In this document: in pieces, positions 1 through 15,100 of the stretch
Numbering within the stretch: the first letter of the stretch is position 1
Layout of the letters: every line of letters starts with the position of its first letter
DNA from: the human T2T-CHM13v2.0 reference genome, Homo sapiens
Assembly (NCBI RefSeq): GCF_009914755.1
Contig: NC_060928.1
Direction: 5' to 3' (one strand)
DNA: 64,000 nucleotides
Made by a program: the position numbers and the translations under genes
Notes under the pieces: model-generated
The model's database searches: none
Seen by the model: only the letters and a program-made list of their open reading frames with translations
What the model was told of the DNA's origin: nothing

Positions 1-19
1 AGAATCAGGAAAAAATTAA

Positions 20-275
20 CAGAGAAGCTGAATGTGGCCTAGATCCTGAAGAGTATGTAAATATTATAGTAGATGGAGAGTGTGAGATGAACAGTCAAAG
101 CAAGTGAAATAAGTATTTGTAAATGCAAACAGGTATAAAAGGGCATAGTTTTTTGGGGTAGAAGGCCTTGATTACTGTGCTTAGGGGATTAGATTTGCTA
201 CATAGCATTACATCATTGAAAGCATCTGAGCAGAGAAGCAAAAAGATCTTATTTGAATGTTAGAACCATTGATTT
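20..275 (-). mobile_element. L2 LINE fragment (ancient)
   Basis: Purine-rich degenerate sequence resembling the reverse strand of the L2 3' region; boundaries approximate. Confidence 0.45.
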
Positions 276-809
276 ATAGCACACATAAATAAACAAAATA
301 GATTGCTGTATACTCAACCCACTGATATTTAATATCTTCTAAGTTATGATGATATCTTAGACCAAGTAGAGATTATAATGTGTCAATCATTACAAAGAAC
401 TGAAGAATCCATCTGCTATACTATTAGCTCAACTGACTCATCATTACTTAGTCTAATATAAACCTCTTAATTTCAAGGAAAACAGAATAATTAAAGGGAT
501 AATAACTCATAGCAGGTCATGTGCAGTTTAGTGACTACATGAAAGACTTCTGAACAAGACTATGGCATCTACCTAAGTCCACTGAATATGATAATATCAA
601 AAGAAGCATATATGTCATATATAATAGTAGTTCCTCTGGCCTCTGCCCAACCACGGATCAAGACTGAATACTAATCAATGATGTATAATCATTACATGGT
701 GGGATTATTTCACTGTTTGCATACACAATTTTATAACACAAACCTTAGTATTTATTTTAGTTAAATATGTAAATCATAATCCTTTTCAAGATATGCAGTA
801 AATCCTTCA

Positions 810-1338
810 CTTAAAATCCTCCAATCCATCTCTCTGAGGATGAAACCTAAATTTCTTGCCATGCCTTACAAATATTTCCAGTATCTCAACAGTGCATACT
901 CCTAACTTTGTCTCCTATTATTCTCTCCTGGGCTTTGTATATTCCGGCCAAACTGCTTTTCTAGCTATTTTTTCAAACACAGCAAGATCAACACCCCAGG
1001 ACTTTTGCACTTCCTCTTCCTACTATCCATGCTCGTCTTCCCCAAGATTCACATGGTTGTTTTGCCTTTCAGATCCTCGCCCAGTGTCACCACACTATCT
1101 GTTCTAAATTAGCTGTACTCTGCAACCCCAAAACCCCCGTCACATTCAACCATATCACTCCTCTTATCTGAAATCATCCCATTTATCTTCTTACTTATAT
1201 GTTTATTCTATCTCCTTCTATCTCACATCCCCACCACATAAACATACTAGATTGCAAAATAGGAGAACAATTTGTTCATTTAGCACATTACTGTTTTCTG
1301 AAGATCTAGGGCAATAGGTGTTTAGTTGAATGGATGAA
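810..1338 (+). mobile_element. L2 (L2a-like) LINE 3' fragment
   Basis: CT-rich L2 motifs (ccaggacttttgcactt, tagattgc) ending in gttgaatggatgaa, like the L2 (TGAA)n tail. Confidence 0.65.
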
Positions 1339-1494
1339 GATATAGCATTATTATATACTTATATCATGGCTTTCAAAAACGATGTTAATGACAGCGAGTA
1401 CAAACTATATTTGGGTGTGACTGGAAAGATAAATGTGTCTTAGTCCCCTCTACATTATGCAAAGACATTTGTTTGGTTAAAAGTTTCATTTATT

Positions 1495-1795
1495 GGCCAG
1501 ACGACACAGTGGCTCACTCCCAGCACTCTCAGAGGCCAAGGAGGGTGGATAACCTGAGATCAGGAGTTCCAGACCAACTTGGCTAACATGGTGAAACCCT
1601 GTCTCTACTAAAAATACAAAAAAATAGCCAGGCATGGTGGCACATGCTTGTATTCCCAGCCACTCAGGAGGCTAAGGCAGTAGAATTGCTTGAACCTGGG
1701 GAGGTGGAGGTTGCAGTGAGCCGAGATCACACCACTGCACTCCAGCCTGGGCTACAGAGGGAGATTCCGTCTCAAAAAAAAAAAAAAAAAAAAAA
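1495..1795 (+). mobile_element. AluS (Sx-like) SINE
   Basis: Dimeric Alu with tactaaaaatacaaaa linker and A22 tail; degenerate TSD aaaagtttcatttatt / aaaagctgtatttatt. Confidence 0.95.
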
Positions 1796-3749
1796 GCTGT
1801 ATTTATTTGACAGACCTAGCCCTACCATCCTGCATATGAGATTCATGCCCACTGATACATTGCTCATCATTTGTACCAGGAAAATTAATAGGAATTAGGA
1901 GGAAATGTTAGTGTCCTTTCTTCTTCTCCTCCTACTCTAGTATATAATCAACCATGTCCTTCTAATCTACAAAGTACTTATTAAGGCTCTGCTGAAAAAG
2001 ACTTTGAAAGGGAGCCTGCAAAAAAGAAATTACACGATTGTCTGGACCTCACCCTTTTTTTACAAACAGAGACAAATGTAGATAAAAGTGATGGAATTAT
2101 ATTTATTATGTGCACCCCTTTGTAACATGTTGCCTTCAGAAAGCCTCTTTTTTTGTTCTTGTTGCCTTATTTTGATTTACTTATCTCTGTTCTATAATCA
2201 TGAATATGACCTTTGCATTTGCCTGAAAGTGGTTCTTTTGCATGGTACGATACTAATTTTGGGGATGACATAGTGCTGTTTAGAGATTAGCAATGTACCA
2301 TGGGAGAAACAACCAGAGATTAAGAGTAAATAAAAAGAAAAAATAACTGAGATCATGGAGCTGGTTTTGCTACCTGATCAGCTTAGACCTTGGCCAGTGG
2401 ATATGTCTCTTAGTCTCCTAGAGCCTTAATTTCTACCTCTGTAGTATCTTCTCTCACAAATTAAAGAAATAATGTATAATGTACATGAAGAATCTGATTC
2501 TCTATGTCTGAGATATGTATACTTGTTAAAAGATGCACAAGTAATTTAGATATGCACTAGGAGTGAGAAACAAAGGTGTGGATTATGACTTGGGACCCTC
2601 AAGACATGGGCCTAGCTTCATTACTCCTCTGATAATGCTAACTGTGTCATCATAGCATGCAAAGGTCAGTGTCTGACTATCTGATATGGGCCCTGTTGTA
2701 TCTCATGGGGGATAACATCTATAACCACCTTAAATTCAACTAGGAATGTGATTTATCAATAACTTTTTCAATCCAGAAGTTAATCCTTCCTTCCTTTTAT
2801 TATTTTTTGAATCAACTTCACTGGGTCACTTTTTCTATGGAAAATTTCTTCAGTGTATCTCCATATATCCCAGAAGCAAAATTCAAACGACTTTAAACCA
2901 GAAAGGATGTAAAGTACTCCAGCAAGCCCTGGCAGTGTTCGTGTAGGTATAAGACCAGTTTTAAATTTCCCAATGTAGGTTATGACCTCATGGAAATATT
3001 TGTATCTCTAAAATATCCTTGGGGTTAAGTGACATGCAAATATTATGTGGCATATATATTTCATTCTAGTGAGACAGTTATTTTCCTTGTCCCTATGTAG
3101 TCTGAAGTTTGAAAGCCAGGCTGTTTTTGAAGCTCTTAGAGTGCAGAGGAATGAATTATGTCTGTTCTGACACAGTAATGTCTGAAGGATCAGCTCTGGC
3201 GTACTCATCAAGTTTATGTTGCCAATGCTCTTAATATGTATTAGATTCTGCATCCAGGATATAATGTGTTAACCTTTTGTGATACCATCCTTTATCAAAA
3301 GAGATTATTTTAATTCATGCTTTATTTAAATTCCTTTTGTGGCCTGTCAGTATAAAAAAAGAAACACATTTAAAAATGCATTTGTTTCATACAGAAATAT
3401 TCTAAGAGAAAATCTAGAAGGAAACTTCCTTTTTCTACTTTCCTAAAACATAAATAAGACATTAGTGTAAAGCAGTGGTACTATTTAAAATATACCACTG
3501 GTGTTGAAGCTTTCTCATCTAATTTGGTGTATATATCTTTATACTTATAAAGTTTCCATACAGTTTATTCAAACAAACCAATTCTAAGAAAGCTACATTT
3601 TATTCTTATTTCTCAAAATCCCCATATGCCAAAAGAAACAGCCAAATTGCACTTTTTCAGCATCTCAACATAGTTAGTAATATTATAGCAATTATTTTAT
3701 GAAGATCTAAAACATACAGGGAGATCTGGCATGCAACATTATTACACAG

Positions 3750-4045
3750 GTTATCTATTGGTGTAATACACCACATTAACAGATTAAGGAAGGGAAAAAT
3801 AATGATCACATCAACAGATGATGAAACAATTCTTATTCATGTCAAACAAAATCTTTGCACACTTAGGATAAAAGGGGATTTTGTAATCCTCATGCAATCT
3901 TATATTTAGTGATAAAACACTGGAAGACTTCAAAATTTGAGACTGGGCAGGAATGCTCATTATCACTGCTTCGGTACATCCTATGAGATCTTCAATACAA
4001 AAAGGCAAAAAGAAAAAAAAAGAAAAATTGTAATGATTGGAAATG
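3750..4045 (+). mobile_element. Old L1 (L1M) ORF2-region fragment
   Basis: cacattaacagattaagg...atgatcacatcaacagatg and the A-rich continuation match degenerate L1 ORF2. Confidence 0.6.
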
Positions 4046-4116
4046 TTATCATATATGCATATATGTATATACATACACACATAAATCTGATGGTATTATG
4101 CATATTTAAAAAATCA

Positions 4117-4435
<319 letters not shown>

Positions 4436-5139
4436 TATGCAAGTCTTTTCCAAAAGGACATTAAATTAGAAACAGAATGAGTTAACGGAGATGATGCATT
4501 TCGGATACTGAAGAGAGTAGTAGACAAATCAATTGAAAATTTTCAAAGGAAATGTTTTAAATGTTTAGCTCCCATTTCTTAGTATGTCTCCCCACTTCAT
4601 GTTTATGAGATAGGATGGAAAGGGAGGTATGGGAGGTGGATACTTGTTAAGAGCTTGCTTTGGTGAGAGCTGATAGGATAGGTGCATTTCACCCACCTTC
4701 TACAATGGAATTGATAAGGAAAGCACATTTTATATGACAAGATGACTTAAAAGAAGGCCTTCAGCAATACTTTCAAATATTGCTACTTGGAGAATTTGAT
4801 ATATGACTCTGAAATTTAGAAGGCACGAGGTCCACTGACTGACTCCTAAACAGAAATCTAGAGAATCAAAGAGGAGATATTAACAAGCTGTTTTGAAGGA
4901 AGAATTAAAATGAGGTGGCTGATTTAGGATCAGAATTCTGATCCCAGAATTTACTGGGTTAAAGGAAACAGGAATATTTTCTCAGGATTCGATGTGAGCC
5001 ATGTGGAGAAAAAAGCTGGCTTATAGCTGTTTTTACTTCTATCTAACAAGGGTCAATTGGTGTGATCTAACAGTGAGAATCTATGCCTCCCTGAACAAAT
5101 TAGGGACTAAGCGCATCTTCAGAAAGTGGAAGGAATTAA

Positions 5140-5626
<487 letters not shown>

Positions 5627-5669
5627 ATTTTTTTTTTTTTTTTTTTTTTTTGCAATCAAACATCCTAAA

Positions 5670-6294
5670 TGTAATTTTCAAGTAATTTAGTAAGTCAATC
5701 CCAAAATTTGTTTGGAATATTACAAGTCCAAAAGTTGGCAATATAAATTTTAAGAACAAATTTGGTGATAGGAAGAGCTTTCCATACATGATGTCAAAAT
5801 TTATTTTAAAGACACAGTGGTTAAGAGGATGGTATTGCAGATTGCACAATGTTAGACAAAACAAACAAATGCAACAGAATAAGAAGTTACAAAATAGGTC
5901 CACATATATGTGGATAATTAATTTATAGATGCTGTATCTGTGGAAAACAGTGGTCTGTTGACTCCAGTCGATAAATGAATCTGTGATAATTGGGTGTAGG
6001 AAGAGTGGACATTTACTTCACAAAATGCACAAAATAAATTCCAGGGGTATTAAACATTTAACATTTAAAGATAGAAATGTAAAACATTTAGAAGATCACA
6101 TAGGAAAACAGTATCACCTCAAGAATGAGGATGTTTTCTTTTGCCAAACAAGACACTAAAAGTGAAAATTACAAAGAATATATATTTATTAAATTTGACC
6201 TCGTTAACATTAGAAATATCAATGCAACAGAAGACTCCATAAACCAAGTGAAAAAAAAATGCCACAGTGTGTAAAAGATATTTACAATACTGGA

Positions 6295-6350
<56 letters not shown>

Positions 6351-6850
6351 CACATTTTCAAAATAGACAGAATAGCAGTGGATGTGAAAAGTTATCCAAG
6401 TGGCTGGTAAACACATGAAAAGTTGCTCGATATCTCTAGTAACCAAGAAAGGTTGATTGGAGCTGCATTTAAATACTATTTGACAACCATCAGATTCCAA
6501 AGAAGTCCAACAGCACGTAATACCAAGTATATGTTTAAGATGTGGAGAGATAGAAATTTTCATATACTGTTTTTTTTTTGAGAGTACAGGTTTATAGAAT
6601 TGCATTAGGAAGAAATTTTGCAATAGCTGGTAAAGTTCTAGATAATCACATCCCATAACACATTAATTCTTCTCTTACATAGACCTTAGGAAAGCTCTCA
6701 TGCATGAGCACATTGAAACATGTTCAACGGTGTTAACTGCAGCTTTAGAAACAGCCCAAATGTCCATTACCAGAAGTCTAGATCAACACATTTGGGTGGA
6801 TTCATACAATGTAGAATTCTGCAGATAAATCAAAATGAGCAAACTAGAAA
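5670..6850 (+). mobile_element. Old L1 (L1ME/L1MC-like) 3' fragment
   Basis: Degenerate L1 ORF2-end and 3'UTR motifs (cccaaaattt, acagaataagaag...ccacatatatg, aaacacatgaaaag.tgctc, gaaacagcccaaatgtcca). Confidence 0.75.
6297..6347. repeat. (AT)n microsatellite
   Basis: About 25 perfect AT units. Confidence 0.98.
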
Positions 6851-7735
6851 TAGAGGATCATATGGAACCCAGTGGAAGGAAAAGGAATAAAAAAGGAACA
6901 CAAAATGATGAGGGAAAGAATATAATACAAATAAAATAGCAGGGATAAGAGTAAACACTCAGTAAGAAGTGCCGCAACCTCTCTTCTACTTACATAATTA
7001 ACCTTCTGACTGCCTGTTACCACCTAATACCTTCCTGCAATAAGATAAAAGCAGGGTCCTTCAACATATTTAACTTAGCTATTAAATCCTTTCTAGTGCC
7101 TTCTTTAAATCTTAGAATTAGTTGGAAATATTTAAATATAACTAGATAAGTCTCTTCTACCACTTTTTAAAATGCTAATAAAATGTTTGAGTTGTAAAAT
7201 GTCACCTGATTTTGCTTCTTTCCCCCTACAAATCTGTAGATATTCTTTATCTTGTTTAGAAAGTTTTTTTTTTAACTAGCATATCTATTCCTTGGATCAA
7301 CCTTGATTAATCAAATTGATTTTTAAAAATAATAGTATGTATAATTCATATGATAAAAATATCAGAATTTCTTGATTACCTAAAAAATGGTAACAGCCAT
7401 TGTATTTGTACCTGTGATTACAGAACAAAAAATAAATCAGTGTAAAAAGTCATTAGTGAGTTGACAAGGTATTATTAAAACCTCTAACATTTAATCATTT
7501 GATGTATTAGGAACTACTGAGACTTACTATAAAATAAATGATTACCTATTGATAATTAGAGTAAGATCGTTCTTTAGAAAAAAAAGTGTAATTCTTTTCA
7601 TATTGCATTTATTCATGCCTTATGGAAACATCTATAGCACAGTTTGTTTGTAGAGTTGAAGCCAGAGAAAGCTATAAAATGAAGAGTAAACTTGCCACAA
7701 GTCTTAGCACTAGTACCAAGCTAAATATTATAATG

Positions 7736-8096
7736 TGATATGGTTTGGCTGTGTCCCAACCCAAATCTCATCTTGAATTGTAGCTCCCATAATTCCCATG
7801 TGTTGTGGGAGGGGCCAATGGGAGATAATGGAATCATGGGGGCAGTTTTCTCCATACTGTTCTTGTGGTAGTGAATAAGTCCCATGAGATGTGATGATTT
7901 TATAAGGGGTTTCCCCTTTCGCTTGGCTTTCATTCTCTCTTGTCTGTCGCCATGTAAGACATGCCTTTCACTTTCTGCCATGGATCGTGAGTCCTCCCCA
8001 ACCTGTGGAAATGTGAGTCCTTTAAACCTCTTTTTCTTTATAACCTACCCAGTCCTGGGTGTGTCTTTATTAGCAGTGTGAGAACAGACTAATACA
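7736..8096 (+). mobile_element. THE1B solo LTR (ERVL-MaLR)
   Basis: tgatatggtttggctgtgtc...gactaataca, 361 bp, TG..CA ends, 5-bp TSD TAATG (7731-7735 / 8097-8101). Confidence 0.95.
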
Positions 8097-8677
8097 TAAT
8101 GTATGAAAAACATGCAGTATTTTGGAATAAAGAAGAAAAACTCTAAATGGAATTTCTGGTATTTAAAATATGCATTCATAGTTTATAGTTTTTTAGAGAA
8201 AAGAGTTGCTTTCAAATTTTATTTGGTTATGTTTTCTAAATAGTAAGCAGACTTTCTAACATTTAGCCTTTTGAATAAGGAAATAACATGCCAGTGAAAC
8301 TGTTAAGCATTTATTTCTAAAGTGGACCACATTTTATACTACTTAGTTTTTCTATTCAATTAATTATGAATAACCATATATTATATGCACATTTTGATCA
8401 TTCTTATATAACATTTTATAAATGGAAATGTGATAGATTTAGAAACATTACATAACATCTTCTTAATATGGCCCTTAAATTTATTTGCTTACAACTTTGC
8501 CAAAAGTCCCAATGAGATGCCTCTACAATGATTCACATTTCTGTGTCTTTCAATATTGCAACATTATTAGTTTTGGTTCCTTTACATGAGTTTTGGCCAA
8601 GATAGCTGAGATTATGTGAGCTGATCTCAAGAAAGTTACCAAGGTCCATTTTTTCCATTCCCCAGCTTATTTTTTAA

Positions 8678-9068
<391 letters not shown>

Positions 9069-9583
9069 TTTTTAAAAAATTTCTAACTGAAAGTACACTT
9101 ATGGAAGCTCAGAAAACAGGCACCAAATATTAGGTAAAATGTACTGGACTGCCTTTGTAAAGCCTAGACTATAGATACAAGTGCTAAGTGAATCCACATG
9201 CTTTCTAGACAGTGTCCAGTCTTACAGCTTATTTCCTGTTCTAACAAATCAATATAGTCAAAATTCATTGGGATACAACAACCTTAAGACTAGTGTAAGG
9301 TGAGAACCATATACTAAACATGCATATAAAAGGTCTGTAGATTACATTGTTTTTTTCCCCAACATAAAATGTGAATTTTATTCTGAAATATATAGTGAAA
9401 TATGGTAAAATAAAGTTTTGGCCAACTATATTTAATATAATTCAGATACTTATCAAATTTTAGATGCAATTAAAATCAGCCAAAAGTTTGGATGTCAGGA
9501 CAGTTGGAAATACTGGTGAGAAAGAGCCTTTAAAAAGCAAGAAAGTCACAACAAATCATGACATTATCAGAAGTTGATTTTAC

Positions 9584-10258
<675 letters not shown>

Positions 10259-11124
10259 AAATTGATTTTACTTTAGTTTTCAATAAAACATCATAATAAG
10301 AATAAATTATAGATATTGAGAAATCATTACTCTTGTGATATCTTTTTCAAAATATAGGTATGAACTATAATTATTACCAATTTTAAGAAAGAGATTTTTA
10401 TTTAACATGCTCTTTCTGTCTTTATCACAGACCACTTAAATTATTTTGCTTTCAAAATCATGTCTTCCTTGAGATTTACAGGTAATAGAAAGCATCTTTT
10501 TTGCCATACTCTTAAAAAGTAAAAAAAACTAAGCTCATTTTTCTTTGCGTCTGAGCCAAATTTTAAAGGATTACGTTCTTAATCTTGACATTCAAAGGAG
10601 ACATCCCAGGATGTTGTAAATGTTCCAGCAGGATTAAGAAGAGAGACTGCAGTGTCTCTAAGAGCTCTCTAGCCTGTCTTCAATATGCTCGTTTCTCAAA
10701 AATGATGGGGTGGAGTGGGACAGAATATCTGAGCCCTTGACCTTGTCAAAGCAGTCAGATGTGTCAAAGTGTAACTACCCTCAATGTATTAAGTAATGTA
10801 GAGGGAATTACTGCAGCATATTTTACTTGTACCACATTCCTCCCCAGTCCATTCAATGATGCTGGAATAATAAATAGGAAATGCTTAATATCATAAGTAA
10901 ATTTTCTTTAAAACTTTTAAGTAGAAATTAAGTGATAGTAAATGTGAGAAATCCATAATCATTTATTAAATATCATGTGTTCTGGGTCAATACTTTTGCC
11001 ATTTAGCCTATTTGTTATGTTTATTATATTCAAAGAATACCTATTATTCAGTAATTAAACTTATAAATTTGATGTATAGTTTTGATGCAGATTATTAAAA
11101 AATACCACTACTATTTCAGATGTA

Positions 11125-11181
11125 ACTATATTTAGAATAAATCTGAGCTGACTATATTTAGAATAAATCTGAGCTGACTAT
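11125..11181. repeat. Perfect 26-bp tandem duplication
   Basis: actatatttagaataaatctgagctg twice, followed by actat. Confidence 0.95.
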
Positions 11182-11637
11182 TTTATGGACATATAAAATA
11201 CTAACTGAAAAGGAAGGCTGCATTTGATTGCCAATAATGAATATACGGACAGATTGCAGAGAAATATGTAAAGGTTGGAAAATAGATTATAGGTTCATTT
11301 GTAGGGACAGGAATTTAATTTTTCTGCATTATAGACGAAGATGTGAAATTTGAAATTAGTTAAAAGTATGGCTATTGAGCTTTATTATAGAAAAGTTAAA
11401 ATTGTAGTTGAATACGAGTGTAGTGTGTTAGTCTGTTCTTACATTCCTGTAAAGGAATATCTGGACTGGGCAATTTGTATTCAAAAGAGGTTTAATTGGC
11501 TCATGGTTCTGCAGGCTATACAGGAAGCATGGTGCCTGCATCTGCTTCTAGTGAGGGGCTCAGGGGGCTTATAGGGAACTATAGTTCATGGTGGCAGGCA
11601 AAGGGAGGCAGTGTCACATAAGGAAAGCAGGAGCAAG

Positions 11638-11795
11638 AAAGAGAGAGAGAGAGAGAGAGATAAAGGGGGAGGGGAGGGAAGGGGAAAAGGGAGGAGGGGA
11701 GGGGAGAAGAGGGGAGGGGAGGGGATGAGGGAGGGGAGGGGAGGAGATGGGGAGGAGGGGGAGGGGACGGGGGGAGGGGAGGAGACTAGAGGAGA
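11638..11795. repeat. G/A-rich low-complexity tract inside MST
   Basis: (GA)n followed by many GGGA/GGGGA runs. Confidence 0.9.
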
Positions 11796-11932
11796 GGCAC
11801 CACATACTTTTAAACAACCAGATCTTGCATGAACTCAAAGCAAGAACTCACTCATCACCAAGGGGATGGCACTAAGCCGTTCATGAAGGATCTGCCCCCG
11901 TGGTCCAAACACCTTACACCAGGCCCTACCTC

Positions 11933-12616
11933 TGTAGCCGCCCAAGGGGTTCACCTTGCCCGCTGCCTAGACAGAGCTGATTCATCAAGACAGGAGAATT
12001 CCAATAGAGAGAGTAATTCACGCAGAGCCAGCTGTGCAGGAGACTGGAGTTTTATTATTACTCAAATCAGTCTTCCTGAGCATTTGGGGAGCAGAATTTT
12101 TAAGGATAACTTGATGGGTAGGGGAAAGCCAGTGAGCCAGGAGTGCCGATTGGTCAGAGATGAAATCATAGGGAGTCGGAGCTGTCTTTTTGTGCTCAGT
12201 TTCTGGGTGGGGCCGCAAGATCAGATGGCCAGTTTATTGATTTGGGTGGGGCCAGCTGGTCCATCAAGTTGCAGGGTCTGCAAAATATCTCAAGCACTGA
12301 TCCTAGGAGGAGTTTAGGGAGAGTCGGAATCTTGTAGCCTACAGCTGTATGACTCCTAAGCCATAATATCTCATCTTGTGGCTAATGTTAGTCTTACAAA
12401 GGCAATCTAGTCCCCAGGCAAGAAGGAGGTCTGCTTTGGGAAAGGGCTGTTACTGTCTTTGTTTAAACTATAAATTATAAACTAAGTTTCTCCCAAAGTT
12501 ACTTTAGCCTACTCCCAGGAATGAACGAGGACAGCTTGGAGGTTAGAAGCAAGATAGAGTCAGTTAAGTTAGATCTCTTTCACTGTCTCAGGCATAATTT
12601 TCCAAAGGCAGTTTCA
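11933..12616 (-). mobile_element. LTR8 solo LTR (ERV1)
   Basis: Reverse strand begins tgaaactgcctttggaaaattatg...gagacagtgaaagagatctaacttaac and ends cttgggcggctaca; 684 bp; 4-bp TSD cctc/cttc. Confidence 0.9.
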
Positions 12617-14894
12617 CTTCCAACACTAGATATTACATTTCAACATGAGATTTGGAGGGGACAAATATCTAAACCATCTCATGTAGGGTGTTTTCATCAA
12701 CTTTCCTAATATGGCAATTGATTAACAAGTGTTAAACTAGCATCTTGACTTAGCAACTGCTAAAATTCATTATAAAGTCAAAAATATATTGTGACATCCT
12801 ACATACACATCAGACTCTTTTCTCTCTCTCTCTCTCTTTTTTTTTTTTTTTCATCTCTTCCTCTTCACCAGGAAATCTCAGGCTTTCATTTACAAATGAC
12901 CATGTCAAATCTGTTGATGACAGATTTAGTGCCTAACAGGAAGATACTCTTTAAAGAATGCCAGGAAGTAACAAAGTAAGTTGAAAAAGCAAAATTCTGT
13001 ATTTTGTCAGCTAGGAAAGGATCAGGAAACTGAGGGCTTTGAATCAGTTAATCCATTTTATTCCTGGTTTTGCTTTGTTTGGAAAAATAGAATCTTTTCA
13101 TTAAACCTTTGTAGAGGCTTATTAGGTGAGGAAGAAAAATAAGATTTGAGTTCCTCCTTTATGTGAAGCCTATACTGTCTCACCACTTTCTCCTGTTTTT
13201 TAACATCCAGACCTGTCTAGAAAAAGAGCAGAGTTCCTTTTATTTGTTTTAAATAAAGAAATTAAAATAGCTGCAAAAATCCTAATTCTTGACCTACAGC
13301 ATTTCAGAAAACTTTTCAGTCGATGATGTCCCGCAGTTATTTTAAGTCTGTTTTTGCATGCTGTGTGTCTGTGTGTGCACATCTGCACACATGCACACCA
13401 TAACCTCATCTCATTATATATACAGATGTATTATCTATACACCCAGAGATTTGTAGGCTAAAAAATGCTTGACCCTAAATGTATTATCATACTTAATAAG
13501 TATTTTGTTTTGCCTTATATAAGATTTGAGGACAGAGGTATATTATATGGTATGTACAGAGAAAAGTAGTATAGAGAAAATTCCACTTTCAGAAAGAATC
13601 AACTTCTGTGGGGATATTTATATGTTTATGTTTCTGTCTCTGTAGGTATAGATACATTTCTTATTTATCTGTGAATATAAATATGTATTCATGGCATCTA
13701 TCTTAAAACAGGACCACACAATAACATACCTGGCATATTAACAGCTTATGCCAGATAAAGATCAGAATTCCAAAGGGTCAGAGCAAAAGCACAAGGAATA
13801 ATACATATTTGATCAAAATTCACTTGTAGACTAAGAGTTGATTGGCAGAGAACAAGCAATATTAAGCACTCAGCTCTGCTCAGAGAAACCACAGTGAATA
13901 CATAGCCAAGAATACCATCTGTTGAATATGAAATTCTTGGATCAAGACATTATAGATACATTTCCCCAAACAGCAGGGACAGAAGCCTTTCTGGAAACAA
14001 AATCACAATAGAGTTGCAGAAAGGTGAAGTGAGAGAGAGGCAAATAACTGTTCTCTGCATTGTGGGGAGCAAGTTCTCTTACTGCTAGTGTGGAGTGTGA
14101 TTAATTACATGGCATGGTTCACGATGGTGGTAGTAAATAAACATACAGCAGGTAGTCACCCTGTTCGAATAATTTCTACATCAGTACGTCAACTGCTAGC
14201 TATGGGTAGATCAAAATCTTTTTACTCATTGTGGTGTCTGCACCTTTTTTTCACACTTGGAATTCATTGTGTTCCCTGTCATTCATTATGTTTTATAAAG
14301 ATAATAGAATGATGGCTGTGTGATATTCAGTAGGAAGATTTATATGAAAAGGTTGATGAATGATACTATTCTTAAGGAAAAACTCAAATACAATGCTATG
14401 CGTTTATATTTGGATCTGATATTCTCAGAAAAACCATGTTTTTCTGTACATTAAAATAATACCTTTACTAGAATGGACCTGCATCTTTTTTAGGGAACCA
14501 GTCTGGTATCTAGAGATAGATAGTTGTTGACATGGAAAGGATCTGTGTTAATGAGAAGAGACATAGAATGGTGGGCAGGAACAATGACACAGTAGGAGAA
14601 ATAATAGTGGATACACAGCTGTTAGTGAAAGGACCTCCATTCCTTTAATTGCACACATTGAGAAAACATGGAAACCAATATGAAGGGAACTAAAATGTCG
14701 ATTAATTCAGAATTTCATCTTGTCGCCGTTTTTGCATTCAGACGAATTACATTAAAACATTTTATTTTTACTTTGGAAAGTTCTATACTTTAGTTTTCTG
14801 GAGCATCACATATTAATAGTGGGATATAATCATTATTAACATGTAGTAGGTGCTCAATAAGTAGTTAAGGGAAGAAATATAATGATCATACAAT

Positions 14895-15100
14895 AAAAGC
14901 ACTCCTTTAAATGCTTTTATTTATTAACTCATTTAATTCTTATAACAATTCTAAGGAGTAGATGCAGTTAGGATCTCTAATTGTTTTTGTAAGGAAACTA
15001 AGGCAGGTATTTTAGGTGTAATGCCAAAAATCACTCAGTTAGTAAATTGATTCGAAATTGGAACCCTTTCTCCAGATTCTGTTTCTATCTACTTTGCTAT
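14895..15100 (-). mobile_element. MIR SINE
   Basis: ttaactcatttaattctt...aggaaactaaggca, the reverse MIR core. Confidence 0.65.

Larger units (their letters stand above)
11424..12681 (-). mobile_element. MSTA/MSTB solo LTR (ERVL-MaLR), split by LTR8
   Basis: tgtgttagtctgttct...gagatttggaggggacaaatatctaaaccatctca; 5-bp TSD TGTAG (11419-11423 / 12682-12686). Confidence 0.9.

Noticed and set aside
3963-3990. tgcttcggtacat, faintly like the U6 5' end
   Set aside because: The match is too short and lies within an L1 fragment
11829-12317. 162-aa ORF
   Set aside because: Reads antisense across the MST/LTR8 junction; no recognisable protein
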